Assembly (NCBI GenBank): GCA_017499595.2
Contig: CM039001.1
Location: forward strand, 992,001 to 1,056,000
DNA from: Psilocybe cubensis
Taxonomy: Eukaryota
Reading direction: 5' to 3'
Length of the DNA stretch: 64,000 nucleotides
Under the pieces are notes generated by a model that saw nothing but the letters and a program-made list of their open reading frames with translations, made no database searches and was not told the DNA's origin. A program made the translations under genes and the position numbers. Positions 50,709 to 64,000 of this stretch are shown in pieces (position 1 is the stretch's first letter; every line of letters begins with the position of its first letter).

Positions 50709-53700
50709 ATGTTCGGCTCGACGTGGGGGACGCAAAACACTCAGCCTCAACAAGCCAGTGCTTTTGGACAGCCATCTGCCTTCGGTGCTGCCGCTCCCGC
50801 TACCAATGGTGAGTCGCTTTCATTCTGAGTCAGTGTCATGTATAAAGTCGTGCGTAGCGTTCGGGTCCACCAGTGCTTTTGGCCAGACCCAACCCCAGCA
50901 AGGCCAACAACCTCAAGTTAATCCAATGTTTGGAAACATTACAACTCCAAGCAGCAACACAAACACGGGTGCCTTTGGTTAGTTCATTTCTATTTTCAAC
51001 ATGGCTCGCTTACCTAGTTTCCAGGCGCGTTTGGAGGCGGAAATACCGCTAATACAGGGGGGGCCTTTGGAGTGAAGCCAGCCACAGGATTTGGCGCGTT
51101 CGGTGGGGGGACTAGCGCGTTCGGCAGCGGTGCGACTACTGGCGCGTTTGGTCAGCCAGCAAATAATGCTACCCCTGCGTCCACATCTGTCTTTGGTCAA
51201 CCATCCACAAATACCACTACTAGTGCTTTCGGTGGAGGTACAACCTCCTTATTTGGCGGCAGTAAATTCGGATCCACCAGTGAGTTATTTCAATGTTTAC
51301 AAAGCGATGATTGGATGCTGATTCTTCCACAGCCAACACAAATCCTACTGCCCCGACAGTCACAACAGGAACATTAAACCCTCCTTACAATACCGTATCA
51401 GAAAAGGATGGAACGGTGACCCTTCAATTTCAATCGATCTCCGTGATGCCTGCATATGTTGGATACTCTTTCGAGGTAAATTGTTATGTTTTGTTACATG
51501 TGTAAAGACTTATTTTATCGTTTAAAGGAACTGAGGGTACAAGATTATGCTCAAAATCGGAAAACTGCCACGGCTACGGGTGCTTTTGGCCAAACTGCCT
51601 TTGGCGCAACCCAACCTTCCACCTCGACTCTGTTCGGAGGGCAACCTCAACAACCAGGGCAATCACTTTTTGGCGCATCCAATAATACCGCAACGCCTTC
51701 TGCCTTTGGCGCATTCGGTCAACCTGCCCAACCTGCCGCTACAAATCCAGCTCCTGCATTCGGAGGGACTGGCGCCTTTGGACAGCCGCAGCCACAGGCT
51801 CAGACTAGTGCTTTCGGTACTACTACTGGTGCTTTCGGACAGCCAGCACAACCACAACAACAGACTAGCATCTTTGGCACTGGAGGTACATCAGCGTTCG
51901 GAAACACTGCTAACAAGCCAGCGTTCGGAACATTTGGCAGTGGTATGTATAAATCTTGATATGAGGAGTATACTACTTGATTTAACTCGATAGGGACAGG
52001 GACTGGTGTTTTTGGTGGAACAGGAACATCAGCGTTTAGTTCTGCACAACAGCCTGCGCAACAACCTGCCCAAACTACCAGCATCTTTGGGGCTGCTCAG
52101 CCTGCAGCCACAACACAACCTTCCCCTTTCGGTGCCTTTGGTAAGAACTTGTGCCGATTTGAAGCATTTGTTTATTAATACCTATATGCCATTAGGAAAT
52201 ACGGCGAATGCGCCAAAGCCTTCTATCTTCGGAACTCCAGCCACGACTACCACTACTCAACCAACCACCTCTGCCTTTGGTGCCTTCGGCTCTACACCGC
52301 AACAACCGACACAGCCTCAACAAAATACAACCCCCTCTATTTTTGGTAGTGGTGGTTCCTCTTTGTTTAGTCAACCCCAACAAAACCAACAACAACCTGC
52401 TCAGACGACCTCTAGTGCGTATATTAATCTATCTGTTACATTTACTATAATTAATCTGCTTTAGTATTCGGAGGGGGGCAAACGACCACTCCGTCTCTAT
52501 TTGGTGGTAATACCAATACCGGGAGTAGCCTTTTTGGAGGTAATCAACAAGCTCAGCAGCCTCAGCAACAACAAGGCCAACAACAGCAAACGAACAGTCT
52601 CTTTGGAAATATGTTTAATAAGCCCGCTCAACCTACTACATCCCTATTTGGTGGTGGACAGACCCAAGCTAATACCCAACCCCAGACAAATTCGCTCTTT
52701 GGTAGTTTCGGACAATCGAATCAAACCAATTCGTTGTTCGGACCAAAGCCAGCTGCACCAGGACTTGGAGGTTCTCTTTCTGGAAACCAGGCCGTCTCAA
52801 CAAATCTCTTCGGCGCAACTTCCAATAATTCTGGTGCTCAAGGTTCTCTGACAGCATCTATCAATCAGCCAATCGGGGAAAATCTTCCTATCTTTTCGAT
52901 GCTGCCTCCTGGTCCCCGTCTGGTTGATTTGGAGCAAAACAAAAGGCAGGCGGGATTTTTTGTTGACCTGCCCACCAGATCTCCTGTTCCCAGAGTTCAG
53001 CTTGGCTACAGTCCTGCTAGCTCAAAGCTCCGTGGATATGGGTCTTCTCCTTCCTTGACCTCTTCTACTAGTGGAAATTCGCTGCTGTTCGCTTCTGGTA
53101 AACCAGGAGTACTCAACCTGAACAAAGCGGACTCCATGTCTTCCTCTATCGGCCCTGATTTCTTGGGTCGCAGTGGTAGTCCTGCTCTTGGAAGTGGTGG
53201 TAGACATAGCGTCAAAAAAGTCATTTTGGATAAGAAGACGGAACCCATTGAAGTGTTTGTCAAGACGGGCAGTCCAGGAGGCCTACGGACCGGGAAGGTC
53301 ACGTTCAGTCCAGCGTTGAGTATTGCAGCACGAGAAAAAGATGCAGCAACAGCTACTGGTCCTCAGGTTCAGGATTCGCCGACCCCCGCCCCACGACCAC
53401 AGGCTCACAAAAGCCCAAACCGATTCACAGCACCATCCACCAAGGAGCCAACTGCATCCAGCGACGCTGACGATCAGTCGAGCTCAACTGAACTTGGCGA
53501 GGGCGATTATTGGGTAAAACCCGATTTGGCGACCTTGAAAAAGGCTGGGTATGACCAGCTTTGTGCATTCGAAGGTCTTGTCGTGGGACGAAAAGGATAT
53601 GGAGAAATTCATTTCCTAAAACCTGTCGACCTTACCGGATTACCCAAGCTTGGTTCTCTGTTAGGAGAAGTGGTCAGATTTGAGGACAAGGAATGCAGCG

Positions 53701-53939
53701 TGTACCCAGAAAGTGACGAAGCAGAGAAACCATTGCCTGGATCAGGACTCAATGTGGAATCCAGGATATCGTTAGAGCGATGCTGGGTGACCGACAAGGC
53801 TACGAGGGAGCCATTGACCGATCCCAATCATGCGGCGGTTATTAAACACCTCAAAAGATTGAAGAACATGAAGGGCACACACTTTACTGAATTTGATATG
53901 AAGACTGGTACATGGACATTCACCGTGGACCATTTCTGA
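50709..53939 (+). CDS. NUP98: FG/GLFG-type nucleoporin Nup98/Nup100/Nup116 with GLEBS and C-terminal autopeptidase (Nucleoporin2) domain
   Basis: Many AFG/LFG repeats; GLEBS FQSISVMPAYVGYSFEELRVQDY; VVGRKGYGEIHFLKPVDL…GSGLN…WTFTVDHF*. Confidence 0.92.
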
Positions 53940-54514
53940 TGTATCTACATTCATTCCTTTTGTCGTGTCTGTCTGTCGTTGTATAAGGGATCTGCAGATT
54001 ATCTGCCGTGGTTGGACTTGCCATTTTTCTGTTTAATTTCGCCTCTCTCTTTATCGTTCTCAGACTCTCTACGGTTCTCCGATGTTAAGTGCCTTTTATG
54101 ATTTCGATGGATTGTAAGGAAGAAAGTCATCGCAGAATATATTTACCATCGACGGTCTGGATCCCTTGCGTAGCATAGCTCCTGTCTGCTGTATGTGTGT
54201 AGTAGGAAGTACGACACTGTTGTTACATAAATAAATACATGCATTCTCTGCAGATTCACCGAGAACAGCGCAGGCGGGGCCACACGGAATGTCCAACTTG
54301 ACTTCGCTCTAGTCGGACGGAGACGGAAAAGTCTGAGCTGAATAAGTAGACACGTGACCTGAGTGATCCTACCGTCGGGAACCGGGGAAATGAAATCATA
54401 GGTGAGTCGACACAGCTGGAGCCTAGATTCTTCGGTCATCGGTTTTCCTCGATATAAGTAGGCAAGACATTTCAAACTTTCCGCACAACCCTCCGTTCCT
54501 CATCACTAACTACC

Positions 54515-55438
54515 ATGAAGGTGAGCAACTTTGTCCTCTCCTCATCTCTCTACTGGTGTTCACTGCACAGTTATATAGCTTCTGACCGACAAACAACGTG
54601 AAGACCACGCAGCTGCCTCCCGCAAAGGTGCCCTCGAAGGTACCCTTGCAAGTGGGGCGGTCGCCCTAGCAGGTTCTCTGTGGGCAAATAAAAGATGGCC
54701 TGCTTATCGCAGACTACCTCTTTCCCTGAAAACCCTTGGCGTTATCATTATTGTCGCACCATGCTTGTCAATTCAAGCTGAACGTCGCGGGCTCGAGTAC
54801 GAGCGGTCTCAATGGTGGGTTATCACATACCTACAGTGTTCCGAACGCAGTCTCATTTTCTGTCAGGGAAGGCGAAGGTCTCCGCATTCTCGATGAGAAA
54901 GAGATCCAGGCGATCAAGAGATGGGATGCAATGTCCCTGAGCCAAAAGATTGGCGACTGGTCCTTCCGTCATCAATACAGCCTCATCATGGGTGGATGGG
55001 CAGGCAGTCTTGCCATCGCAGGAGCCATAATCTCCCGTCAAAAGTGAGCCATTTGTATAGGTGTCTGCGAAAACCTGACTCATTTTGTCCATAGATATCA
55101 AACCTACCCACAGAAGGTACTTTATGTCTTTCGCCTATAACATGGACTATTGTTCTGACGTCAATGTTTTTCAGATCGTTCAAGCTCGTATGTGGGCTCA
55201 GGGATTGACCATTGGTCTTCTAATTGTGGCTGGAGCACTTACACAATCCAAACGAGCCGCTTTCTCCAAAGAAAGTCAGAACGACCACTCATGGAAGGAT
55301 GTGGTCAGTAGCCTTGAAAGTTACCCTTATTTATGCTTATTAACATTTGTCCTTCAGCTGGATCAGCAAGAGCGAGATCGTCAACAGGAAGCAGCTCTAT
55401 TAGCTGCATCTCGTAACCCTGCGGCAGTTGCTGCTTAA
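54515..55438 (+). CDS. RCF2: Respiratory supercomplex factor 2 (HIG1-domain protein)
   Basis: MK/LLTDKQREDHAAASRKGALEG…YRRLPLSLK…HQYSLIMGGWAGSL…QKIVQARMWAQGLTIGLLIVAGAL; includes a 6-nt first coding exon and a 22-nt exon. Confidence 0.88.
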
Positions 55439-56057
55439 ACATAGACATTGAGTCATCTAAAAATAATCATTTAGAATCTAAATATATCTTCGTCTATCGG
55501 GGACCATTAATTCTGTCCTGTGCCATCTCATCCGAAACTTTGCCTATAATGTAATTTTTTTGTAATTTTAGTATATACATTGTATCTTATCGCGCAAAAC
55601 TGCTTCAGGAAATCTAATCAATTCCCCGATGGGAGCGCAAGCATGCATAAGAATCTCCTACCATCGTCAAAGATTTTGTCGTAATTGTTCAAACCATTTT
55701 TCGGCAATGATCATGTACAATCTAGCAGGCACTGCTTCTCTCTTCAGTAATAGTCCAACAGACAAACTTTACTTTTCCTTCTACCGTCATCATGAGCCTT
55801 GCAGGCGATTTACCACTTCCGTTGAAACAGAAGGCCTCAGGACACCTATAAGAGGACCGTCATATCATATTTTCTTTGTAATTTCCTTGGTTAAAACCGC
55901 AGCTCCAGTTCGGGTATCCAGGGACTCGGCGGCACAGCCTATGCAGGGACAACCTCACCACGAATGATATCTATGCTCGACTCACCACAGGCAATGTCCA
56001 AAACATTCTCTGCTCCAAATTCTTGTAGATTCTTGCTGCTTTCCGTCCAGAGAGCTC

Positions 56058-58654
56058 ATGTCCGCCACTACGAATGGATCGCATCCTATAAACGAGAAAG
56101 GTTCCATGCCTAATGCTGGTCAGAAGGCAGTGAGTTCTCATAGCTTTGTGCCTGAACCTGACTTAAAGACTTTTTCTCAGTCCAATCATGAAGAAGAGAT
56201 TCGAAAGTCACGAAGACCCAACGCGCAGCCTCCAAAAGCATCTACGGTACATTTTTACCTTACTGCATCATAGATCTTGTTGATCTCCCCGATTACTATT
56301 TTTTTCGTGATAGAATGTCTCCGACCAATACACTGCATGGAATCTAGGTACTGACGGCGAAAAGTTCAAGTTTGCTCCTCCAGCTCCTGAGGGCGACCCT
56401 TGGAGTCTTTTGTTGGAACCCTTGCTAGAAAGAGACCGAATCCAATGTGATACTTGGAAGAATGAGGTGAACAACGTACTCTTCTTCGTAAGTAAATTTC
56501 ATACCTTCAAACTATTGCCGAACCATTCATTATTCATTATTAGGCAACACTATTCTCTGCCGTAGTAACGGCATTCGTGATTGAATCATACAAGAGTCTC
56601 ACAGACGATCCCCAAGTCGTGTTGCTTGCGCATATCGCGAACAGGTTGGACAGTTCTCTCAATGGATCTACATCTCCGATTCCTCCATCAGCACTGCCTG
56701 GCGATCCTGCTCCAGCTGATGTTCGCATAAACAGTTTTTGGTTTATGAGTCTCGTCCTCAGTTTGACAACTGTACTCTTTGGAATCATATCATTGCAATG
56801 GTTGAGCGAACATCAGGGTTATTCAGAGCTCACTCCCAAGCAAGCCTTTGCAGTTTTCCAGATGCGCGCAGATGGAATAAAAAAATGGTATCTCCCCAAA
56901 GTTTTCACCGCCCTACCGGTTCTACTTCAAGGCGCAGTTGTGCTTTTCCTTGTGGGAATGGTGGATTTCTCTCTCCCTCTAGGACTGGGCGTGTCCATAC
57001 CAACCATTATTGCAATCGGCTTAACCTTGCTCTTTTACATCGCCACTACTGTCCTTCCAACATTGCAAGGCCTCAGTTTCTACCTTCCTTTTGTCCTTTC
57101 TGATCAACCATTGACCGCACCACCTCAATGCCCTTATAAATCTCCGCAGTCGCGAGCATTCCGAATCGTATTTCATTTTGTTTTCCACATCGCTCACTTT
57201 TGTTATCAGTGCATAATAGAACCAGCAGTGCGATTTGCAGCCTATCAAGTCCCATATTGGTTAGGGCGCATTCCTAGCATCCCCCAGCGAAAACATGATC
57301 CCATCATATCGCTCTTATCCCCCACCTGGCATCGGAGAACATGGCAAGAATTTGACTTGTCGTGGATATACCTTCGAGATCACTATGCATTTCAGAGGTT
57401 CGATCGCGAGGGCTTTATTGATGACTTTCAGTTGGAAGGTCGCAAGCTTATGCCTGTGTACGATACAGTCTTGGGCCTTCGAGACCTATTCCGCGCTACC
57501 AACAAAGAAGTCAAAGAAGATTATCTAGCCACTATCTATCATTGCTTTTGCGACGTATCAAGGTCCGTCACAGACCATGTCGTTAACGCTGTGGGTCGCC
57601 CTCTACTTGACAGCGTAGCACACCATCATCAATACTTCTACTCGCTCATTGATGATCGATACACCTCACTACCACGTCTATCAGATTACCTTCACGTACA
57701 CCCGAATAGAACAATAGATACCCCCAACTTTATCGACCCAGAGTGGATGATGCTCCATCACGAACACATTGTACTCTTCTTCTGCAACGTTATTACCGAC
57801 CCTCGTGATTTTAGGGCTTTCAGGATGCATCTGGTTGAAATTCAAACTCGAGCTATGAAATGGATATACGACAGGCGAACACAGATCATCCCCTCCACCC
57901 TTTTAACGCTCACTCAAACACCTCTGGTAACACCCATCTCCATTACAGGGGCTGTGTGCAATCATACTCGTGATGATGATATTGAAAGGGCCCATGGTAT
58001 TTCTACCTTTGTTTTTTGGCATTGTGTCTAGTTCACTCATACCTATGTATAGAACTGTGGTGGCAGTACGCAAACATATATTTGATGTTCTTCGAATATG
58101 CAGGATCAGATCGTCCCACAGACTTGCAGCGAGATATCCATGCAGGATGTCATATTCCAGACTTAATCCTCCAGATAGAGATCGACTTGTCATATCTTCG
58201 CGACTTCAACTACGACAAAACCATAAATAAAATGGCGGACGATACCCTGAAGGCAATGCTCACCATCATTCAAGATCGTCTGGAGAATTACATGCATCAA
58301 CAAGCATTGGACGAACGCAAGAGCAATCGTAACCTGTTGTTTTACACAGCTGCGATTTTCCTTCGACGTTTCAACTGCAGTCGAAACCAATATCCCCGGA
58401 GCTACCTAAATTTACCCATTGACGTTGATGAGGTGCTGGAAACATTAGCTCTGTATAAACATCTTGTGTTGGATGTCAATGGGCGGGATGCCTTGCTGGA
58501 GGCACGCTTTGCAGGAATCGAGAAGTATGATGCTGTAACTCGCTTTACCCCGACGTGGTGGAAATTTTTAGACGATGTATTACCGAAGCGGTTCGATTCG
58601 CATTACACTACGAAAGTGTTTGATGACACTGCCGGGACCGTAGTGTCTCTTTGA
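56058..58654 (+). CDS. DUF6535-family multi-TM protein (Agaricomycete lineage-expanded)
   Basis: W…D…CDTWKNEVNNVLFFATLFSAVVTAFVIESYKSL…VRINSFWFMSLVLSLTTVLFGIISLQWL…LPVLLQGAVVLFLVG…CPYKSPQS is the family signature. Confidence 0.85.
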
Positions 58655-59126
58655 CGATATAATGTTTGTTCAATACACGTTTCCGTTTTTCTTTTTGTAT
58701 CTGCTTATTTAATGTATTCTTCCACTCTTTAGCATTTATGAATAATAACTTTTTTAAGTTGGAATACGAGGTAAGTTCATCCGCCACTTCAAGTTGTGGG
58801 TAGCCTACTAGTAGCCTAGTTTTTAGGGACGAGAGATACTACTTGAATGCTAAGAGCACCTGAGGTTACTAATCAAGTCACCCAGTACACCAGCAGAAAG
58901 TGCCCCATCTAGGGATAGAGCCATTTTAGACCTGTGACTGCTCCCTATAAAAGGATGGAGTATTGAAAGAATCTTCGTTATCATAGAACAGAAAAATGGG
59001 ACCGTCCGCCGATGTGATCACGCGCAAGCGGCAAGACGCGTTCGCGGCGCGAACAGTCACAAATGACAGGAACGCCTTTCACGAGTACCGTGTCATCGCG
59101 CAAATACCGACACTGTTCTGAGTATC

Positions 59127-60606
59127 ATGCTTTCTCAATCTCGTCTCCTCCACAGAGCTATCAGAATTCAGAATGCCCGTACTTATGCTTCCATCTCCTC
59201 TACCTCACCCCCTCCAAGTATAAATACAGTTGGGCCGTATCAAGTCTTCGACCGCAATGTGAAGCGAATACAACGAGATAAATCTGCTCTTCGCGATGGA
59301 GGTGAACGAAGTAGGACTGTGGACTATGTTCGCAACGAAGTGGCTGAACGTATGCTGGATAGATTTCTGGTAGAGTCTAGTTCAACAAGTTGACTATAGG
59401 GATTACTGATCTCAACCCAGGATATCAAACGCAACTTTGATACAATTCTAGACTTGGGTTCTGGTCCCGGGCACTTCTCCAAGCTGTTAGAAACCGATAA
59501 AGTCCAAAAATCAATAATGCTCGATTCTAGCGGTAAATGTATTGACCGCGCCGTGAAAACTCGTTATAACACGTAAATGCAGAAGCAACTCTTCAGCGTG
59601 ATTCTGATTCCGAATTTGAAGGTGTGCATGCCAATCTTATATCAGCTGCCTGAACTCTTATGCAGGATAACTAGTTAAAGTACAACGAATCCATGGAGAC
59701 GAAGAGAATCTTCTACAATATATATCTCCCAACTCCCAGGAAGCTATCGTGTCTTGCCTCAGTCTTCATTGGGTTAACGATCTTCCGGGTGAGGAGCTTG
59801 TATGTTGTGTTATGTCATATTAAAAACTGTCATGTATAGGTACCCTCGTGCAGATAAAGGAGGCATTGAAGCCCGATGGACTATTTCTGGGAGCTATGTT
59901 TGGGGGAGATACGTTATTCGAACTACGGTGACATCTTTAATGAGCTGCATTGTCCGACATAATTCAACATTTTCAGTAATATAGAACTTCTCTCCAGCTT
60001 GCAGAAACAGAACGCGAGGGAGGAATCTCTCCCCATGTGTCCCCAATGACAGGTACGGTACCTTGTTCGATTCAGATGATCTTTGCTAACGTCGTTTCAG
60101 ATACTCGTGACATATCCAATCTTCTTGGGCGGGCGGGATTCACAATGTTAACCGTGGATATTGACGAAGTAAAAGTGGGCTATCCCACCATGTGGGAACT
60201 GATGGAAGACCTGCAGGACATGGGTGAAAGCAACGCTGTTATAGGAAGGTGAATGGGCCCCATTTTTTTTATTCTTCTGTTTATTTCACTGTCTGTAGGC
60301 GCAATGTGATCCATCGCGATACTCTAACGGCCGCTTCGGCTATATACAAAGGCGCGTACACCAATTATTATAAATATCCTTCCGCTTACGCTCCAGGGCT
60401 TTCTGCATGTGCAGAGATGCACGGTTCTGAGGACGGTACTATCCCAGCTACTTTTCAGATCATCTACATGGTGCGAACAATTTAAACTTATTAATGGGCC
60501 TTTCTCATGTCTATTACTTGTTCAGATCGGCTGGAAGCCTTCCCCCACTCAGCCAAAACCTCTAGAACGAGGCACTGGTAAAGTTAATCTAAAGGATGTC
60601 TTGTGA
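59127..60606 (+). CDS. NDUFAF5: Mitochondrial complex I assembly factor NDUFAF5 (SAM-dependent methyltransferase fold)
   Basis: Mitochondrial presequence; [88 protein letters not shown]. Confidence 0.93.
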
Positions 60607-61438
60607 TGTAGCGAACTCCTTTAAGTCCAAAAAAGTATTATTGAATGGGAACGTAAAGAGCGTGAATTGAATTCTAAATACTCCGACTTGTCGCACCTGT
60701 TTCTCGCTTTAGGCTTTCCTTTGGAGTTACCGAATGAGGAGAATCTCTCAATAATTCTGTCATTCCGGATAGGGGACAAATACTTTCTGTGGGTCAACCT
60801 TGTGGCAACTCTTCTGCACGAGGCAACGTACAGCTACCGATTTAGATTTAAAATAGTACCTTCTTTGACTTGCCGGCGGTGATGGGACGTGGGTTTATCT
60901 TTATCTATCTACCTTTTGAAATTTTACGTAGCGCCACAAGCAATGTGCAGAAATCATTCATCGGAACATGACAAAGAGCAAGAAAGAGCGACCGGTGTGT
61001 GAGTGAGGTGAAGCCTAATGTTAAACGAAAATATCTAATACCTATTAAGCGAGGTCCTCGAAAACCAAGAAAAAATTCTGTGCCCACTGAGCGATTGGCA
61101 TTGACTATCTCGCAGGGTTTTCGGCTTCCATAAAACTCCTTATATGGTTCTTCCATTGCCTAAACAGTGGGTTATTGTTTTATTATTCATACCCAACAAG
61201 TGAAAAGACGAAAAAAAGTAGGTCATGAATACAATACTTTGCTACCCCGAGATTAATAAAAGAATCATGAAAGGGAATATGTCATGTCATTAGGGATCAG
61301 TTATCAATATAAACGAGCGAGCGTACCTAACATGAGAAAGCGTAAAAGAAGAGGTGATCTCATAATCAGAATGATACATAAGGAGCATCCATCCATCTAG
61401 ATCAAGCTTGCCTTGCTCATGATACTTCTCGTCCTCGG

Positions 61439-62696
61439 CTACGAGGTTTTATCATCCACCACTTCCTGCAGCACTTCATCAGTGCTGGCATCGCCCTCTA
61501 CAATTGCCGTCTCGTCTATACTTGTGGCCTTGCCACCTTTACCACCTTGAACGAACTTCCGTTTGGGAATGACGGAATATAATGATTCCTCCCAGTCCTT
61601 TGTTTCTACCCACTTCACCAGGATCTCGAAGACCTGATTGACGGTCAATACTTTGCGGGTGGGAAGGGATGCAAGGTAACGCCCAATAGGAAGGCGTGCT
61701 GTCCGTACACCGGATTCATTTGCTTTATTGAGACACAGGTTCTACAACCGATTGGCAAAGAGATAAGAACTCAGAGGAGAGAATGGGAAATCGAGCTGCT
61801 CACCTTGTAGCGATTGTGGTCGACTATTCCACCGATAATATATACTTCGTCAGGCTTGAGTTCGATCAACTCATCTTCAGTATCTGCTGTCAGGTAAACA
61901 ATTTTATCTTTTGGGATTGAGGTACTGAGGGTTATGGAAGTATTTGGTAGGGAGCTTTCGCCAACCGAAGCTTCTGGAGCGACACCTAGATCCTTTGCAT
62001 ATGTGGTGTCTATAGCTGAAGAGACATCTTCAACCTCTTGTTCTATAGGTTCATTGGCCACTGAAAGGATTTGTTGGTCATTCCATAGGCGATCGTAGCT
62101 TTCAGACCACCACTTCGTGTTCGCCCACCTCGTGTAGCTAGCGTCGCCAAGACTTTGTAGGCGATCATATGTTCTGCCGTTGAGGGACGTGAAGATTAGA
62201 GAAAATGGAAAAGAGGCTTGTCGGTTTGCACTATGGGTATAGGCTAACTGTGAGCATAATGATTTAATCTCCTAAACGAGGATACAGTTATTCAGCAACC
62301 AGACCACAAACTCAAGATAAAAAAAAGATCGTACATGATTCTGCTCACCTTCTCGTTCATCATATCGTCGAATCCGAGGTCGACGACTACGGTACCGCCG
62401 AACTGAAGCTTTGGTTTCTTGGTGCGTCGTTTCTTCTCCTCTTCATCGTCTTCGTCAAGTTCTCCGGCCAATCTTTTCTCTGCAAGAATTCTTTTTTTCT
62501 CTCGCTTGGCTTCTTTCTCGCGTGCCCTGCGCTCAAGCTTTAGTGCGGCGAAGCGCTCATTTTTGGCGGCTTTTTTCAGCGCATTTTTGGACATAGTAGG
62601 CTTTGCCTCTAGAGATGCTTCTTCTTGTCCAACTAGTGCTGGAACTTCCACTAAGGTGGGCGGCGCCTCCACTACAGTGGCTGAAGATTCCGACAT
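61439..62696 (-). CDS. TRM10: tRNA (guanine-9-N1)-methyltransferase
   Basis: MSKNALKK…, VVVDLGFDDMMNEKEIKSLCSQLAY, VYLTADT…VYIIGGIVDHNRYK, ARLPIG…VLTVNQVFEIL…VIPKRK. Confidence 0.93.
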
Positions 62697-62868
62697 GCTG
62701 CAGACTAGATGTTACTCGTGCGACCTTGGTTATGTGCAGACCCCAAAAAGAAGACCAGTGATAGATGGAGGTGAGCGTTTAGACGAGGAGACATTTGGCT
62801 CGACCAACCGGTAGATGCCGGTGGGCCTGAGATCGATTATATCAGGCGTAGCCGGACCCGCATGGTAG

Positions 62869-64000
62869 ATGTTGTTCTGGACAATCATCTTTGGCATCGT
62901 CGCCGTTGTGCTCTCTCGTTTAGCTTTTCTGCAATATCCTTCGCTGTCCAGTAGCCTTTTTGGTTCCGCTAGCTCCAAGGATATCCCCCCAGATAACCAA
63001 ACTACTATGGCTGCTGCTCTCCCCGCTCTCAAGTTCCTCACTGTTCCACCCGCTGCCGCACACACCGCTACCGTCATTTTCGTCCATGTAAGCCTCGATT
63101 ATGGGCGTAAATGGTGTATGTACACTCCTCTGAACTCCCTGTAATTTACTAGGGCCTTGGAGACACTGGCCATGGTTGGCGCCCCGTTGCCGACATGTTC
63201 AAAGTCGACCCCGCTCTCGCCCATGTTAAATGGGTGCTGCCTCACTCGTATGTCTTTAACTTCGCCTTTAAGAACTGCTCTGGAAATCGCGTTGATCTTG
63301 CTGTGAATTTGTCCCCTTTGCCCTCTACCATCGCTCTGCATATCTGTTGTTTCTGGAATTTTCTGACTGATCAGCCCCGAGCGTCCTGTCAGGGCGAATA
63401 TGGGAATGGTGATGCCGTCATGGTACATACCTCTCGCAGACCACGACGTCCATGCGAAGTGCTGACAATTATATCATGTGGCCTAGGTTTGACATATATT
63501 CCTTCGGGTTCGATACAGAAGAAGATGAACAAGGAATGCGCCAATCGGCGAATATGATCCATGAACTGATCAGAAAGGAGATCAGCAATGGCATTGCGCC
63601 AGAGCGTATCGTTCTCGGAGGATTCAGCCAAGGGGGAACTATGTCCCTCCTTTCTGGCCTTACAGGCGAACACAAGCTAGCTGGGCTAGTAGTTCTTAGC
63701 GGCTGGCTCCCTCTGCGACACAAATTCAAAGAAGTCGGTCCTTTCTCCCCACATGTTGTTTCTACCCCACCTCACTGACAAATACTTTTATTATAAACAT
63801 TTTGACATATCTTCTGGCAGCTGGCTTCTCCCCACGCTGCTTCTTCCTCTATCTTCTGGGGGACGGGCAGCGCCGACCCCCTTGTCAAGCTAGAAATTTC
63901 GAATGCCTCTGCAGATTTCCTCACTAAGGAACTCGGGATTCCCAAGGCAAAGCCTAACGAGCCCCAAGGACTCTCATACAACGTCTACCCAGGCATGATT
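62869..64000 (+). CDS. APT1: Acyl-protein thioesterase 1 / lysophospholipase (runs off window end)
   Basis: HTATVIFVHGLGDTGHGW, KWVLPH, MPSWFDIYSF, RIVLGGFSQGG, LSGWLP, WGTGSADPLV. Conventional start at 63007; in-frame upstream ATG at 62869. Confidence 0.92.

Noticed and set aside
59015-59055. Cluster of CGCG/ACGCGT (MCB-like) motifs, also at about 37830-37852
   Set aside because: Common in fungal core promoters; no specific regulatory claim can be supported.
1-64000. tRNA/rRNA genes, secondary-metabolite cluster, mating-type HD locus
   Set aside because: No cloverleaf, rRNA, PKS/NRPS/terpene synthase or homeodomain signatures seen by eye; small ncRNAs cannot be excluded without an Infernal/tRNAscan search.

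Overview
Eukaryotic, intron-rich fungal DNA. Short GT-AG introns (about 50-70 nt) and the gene families point to an Agaricomycete (mushroom-forming basidiomycete), so most tracked ORFs are exon fragments or antisense shadows. About 24 spliced or single-exon genes are supported. Recognisable housekeeping genes are CSN12/PCID2, KEX1, a GDPD (PGC1-like), SLC1, RPA135/RPA2, NUP98-type GLFG nucleoporin, RCF2, NDUFAF5, TRM10 and APT1 (truncated at the window end). There are also several lineage-specific proteins (DUF6535, a C2H2 zinc-finger protein, a histone-fold protein, small secreted proteins). The most interesting part is an accessory island at about 31.1-37.3 kb. It holds a 997-bp non-autonomous hAT-type DNA transposon (24-bp perfect TIRs, 8-bp TSD) next to a tandem pair of intact, diverged paralogues. 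Their motifs match the large uncharacterised Agaricomycete 'GYPLW..GDVG..FNI / LYLVTGxDK / HPS..HDDDW' family, which I infer to be gasdermin-like; they have an Asp-rich, repeat-expanded linker. A cryptic three-exon Cys-rich, KR-cleavable secreted peptide gene with one in-frame stop lies right after KEX1. Gene boundaries were derived by eye from splice signals and are approximate; no database searches were run.
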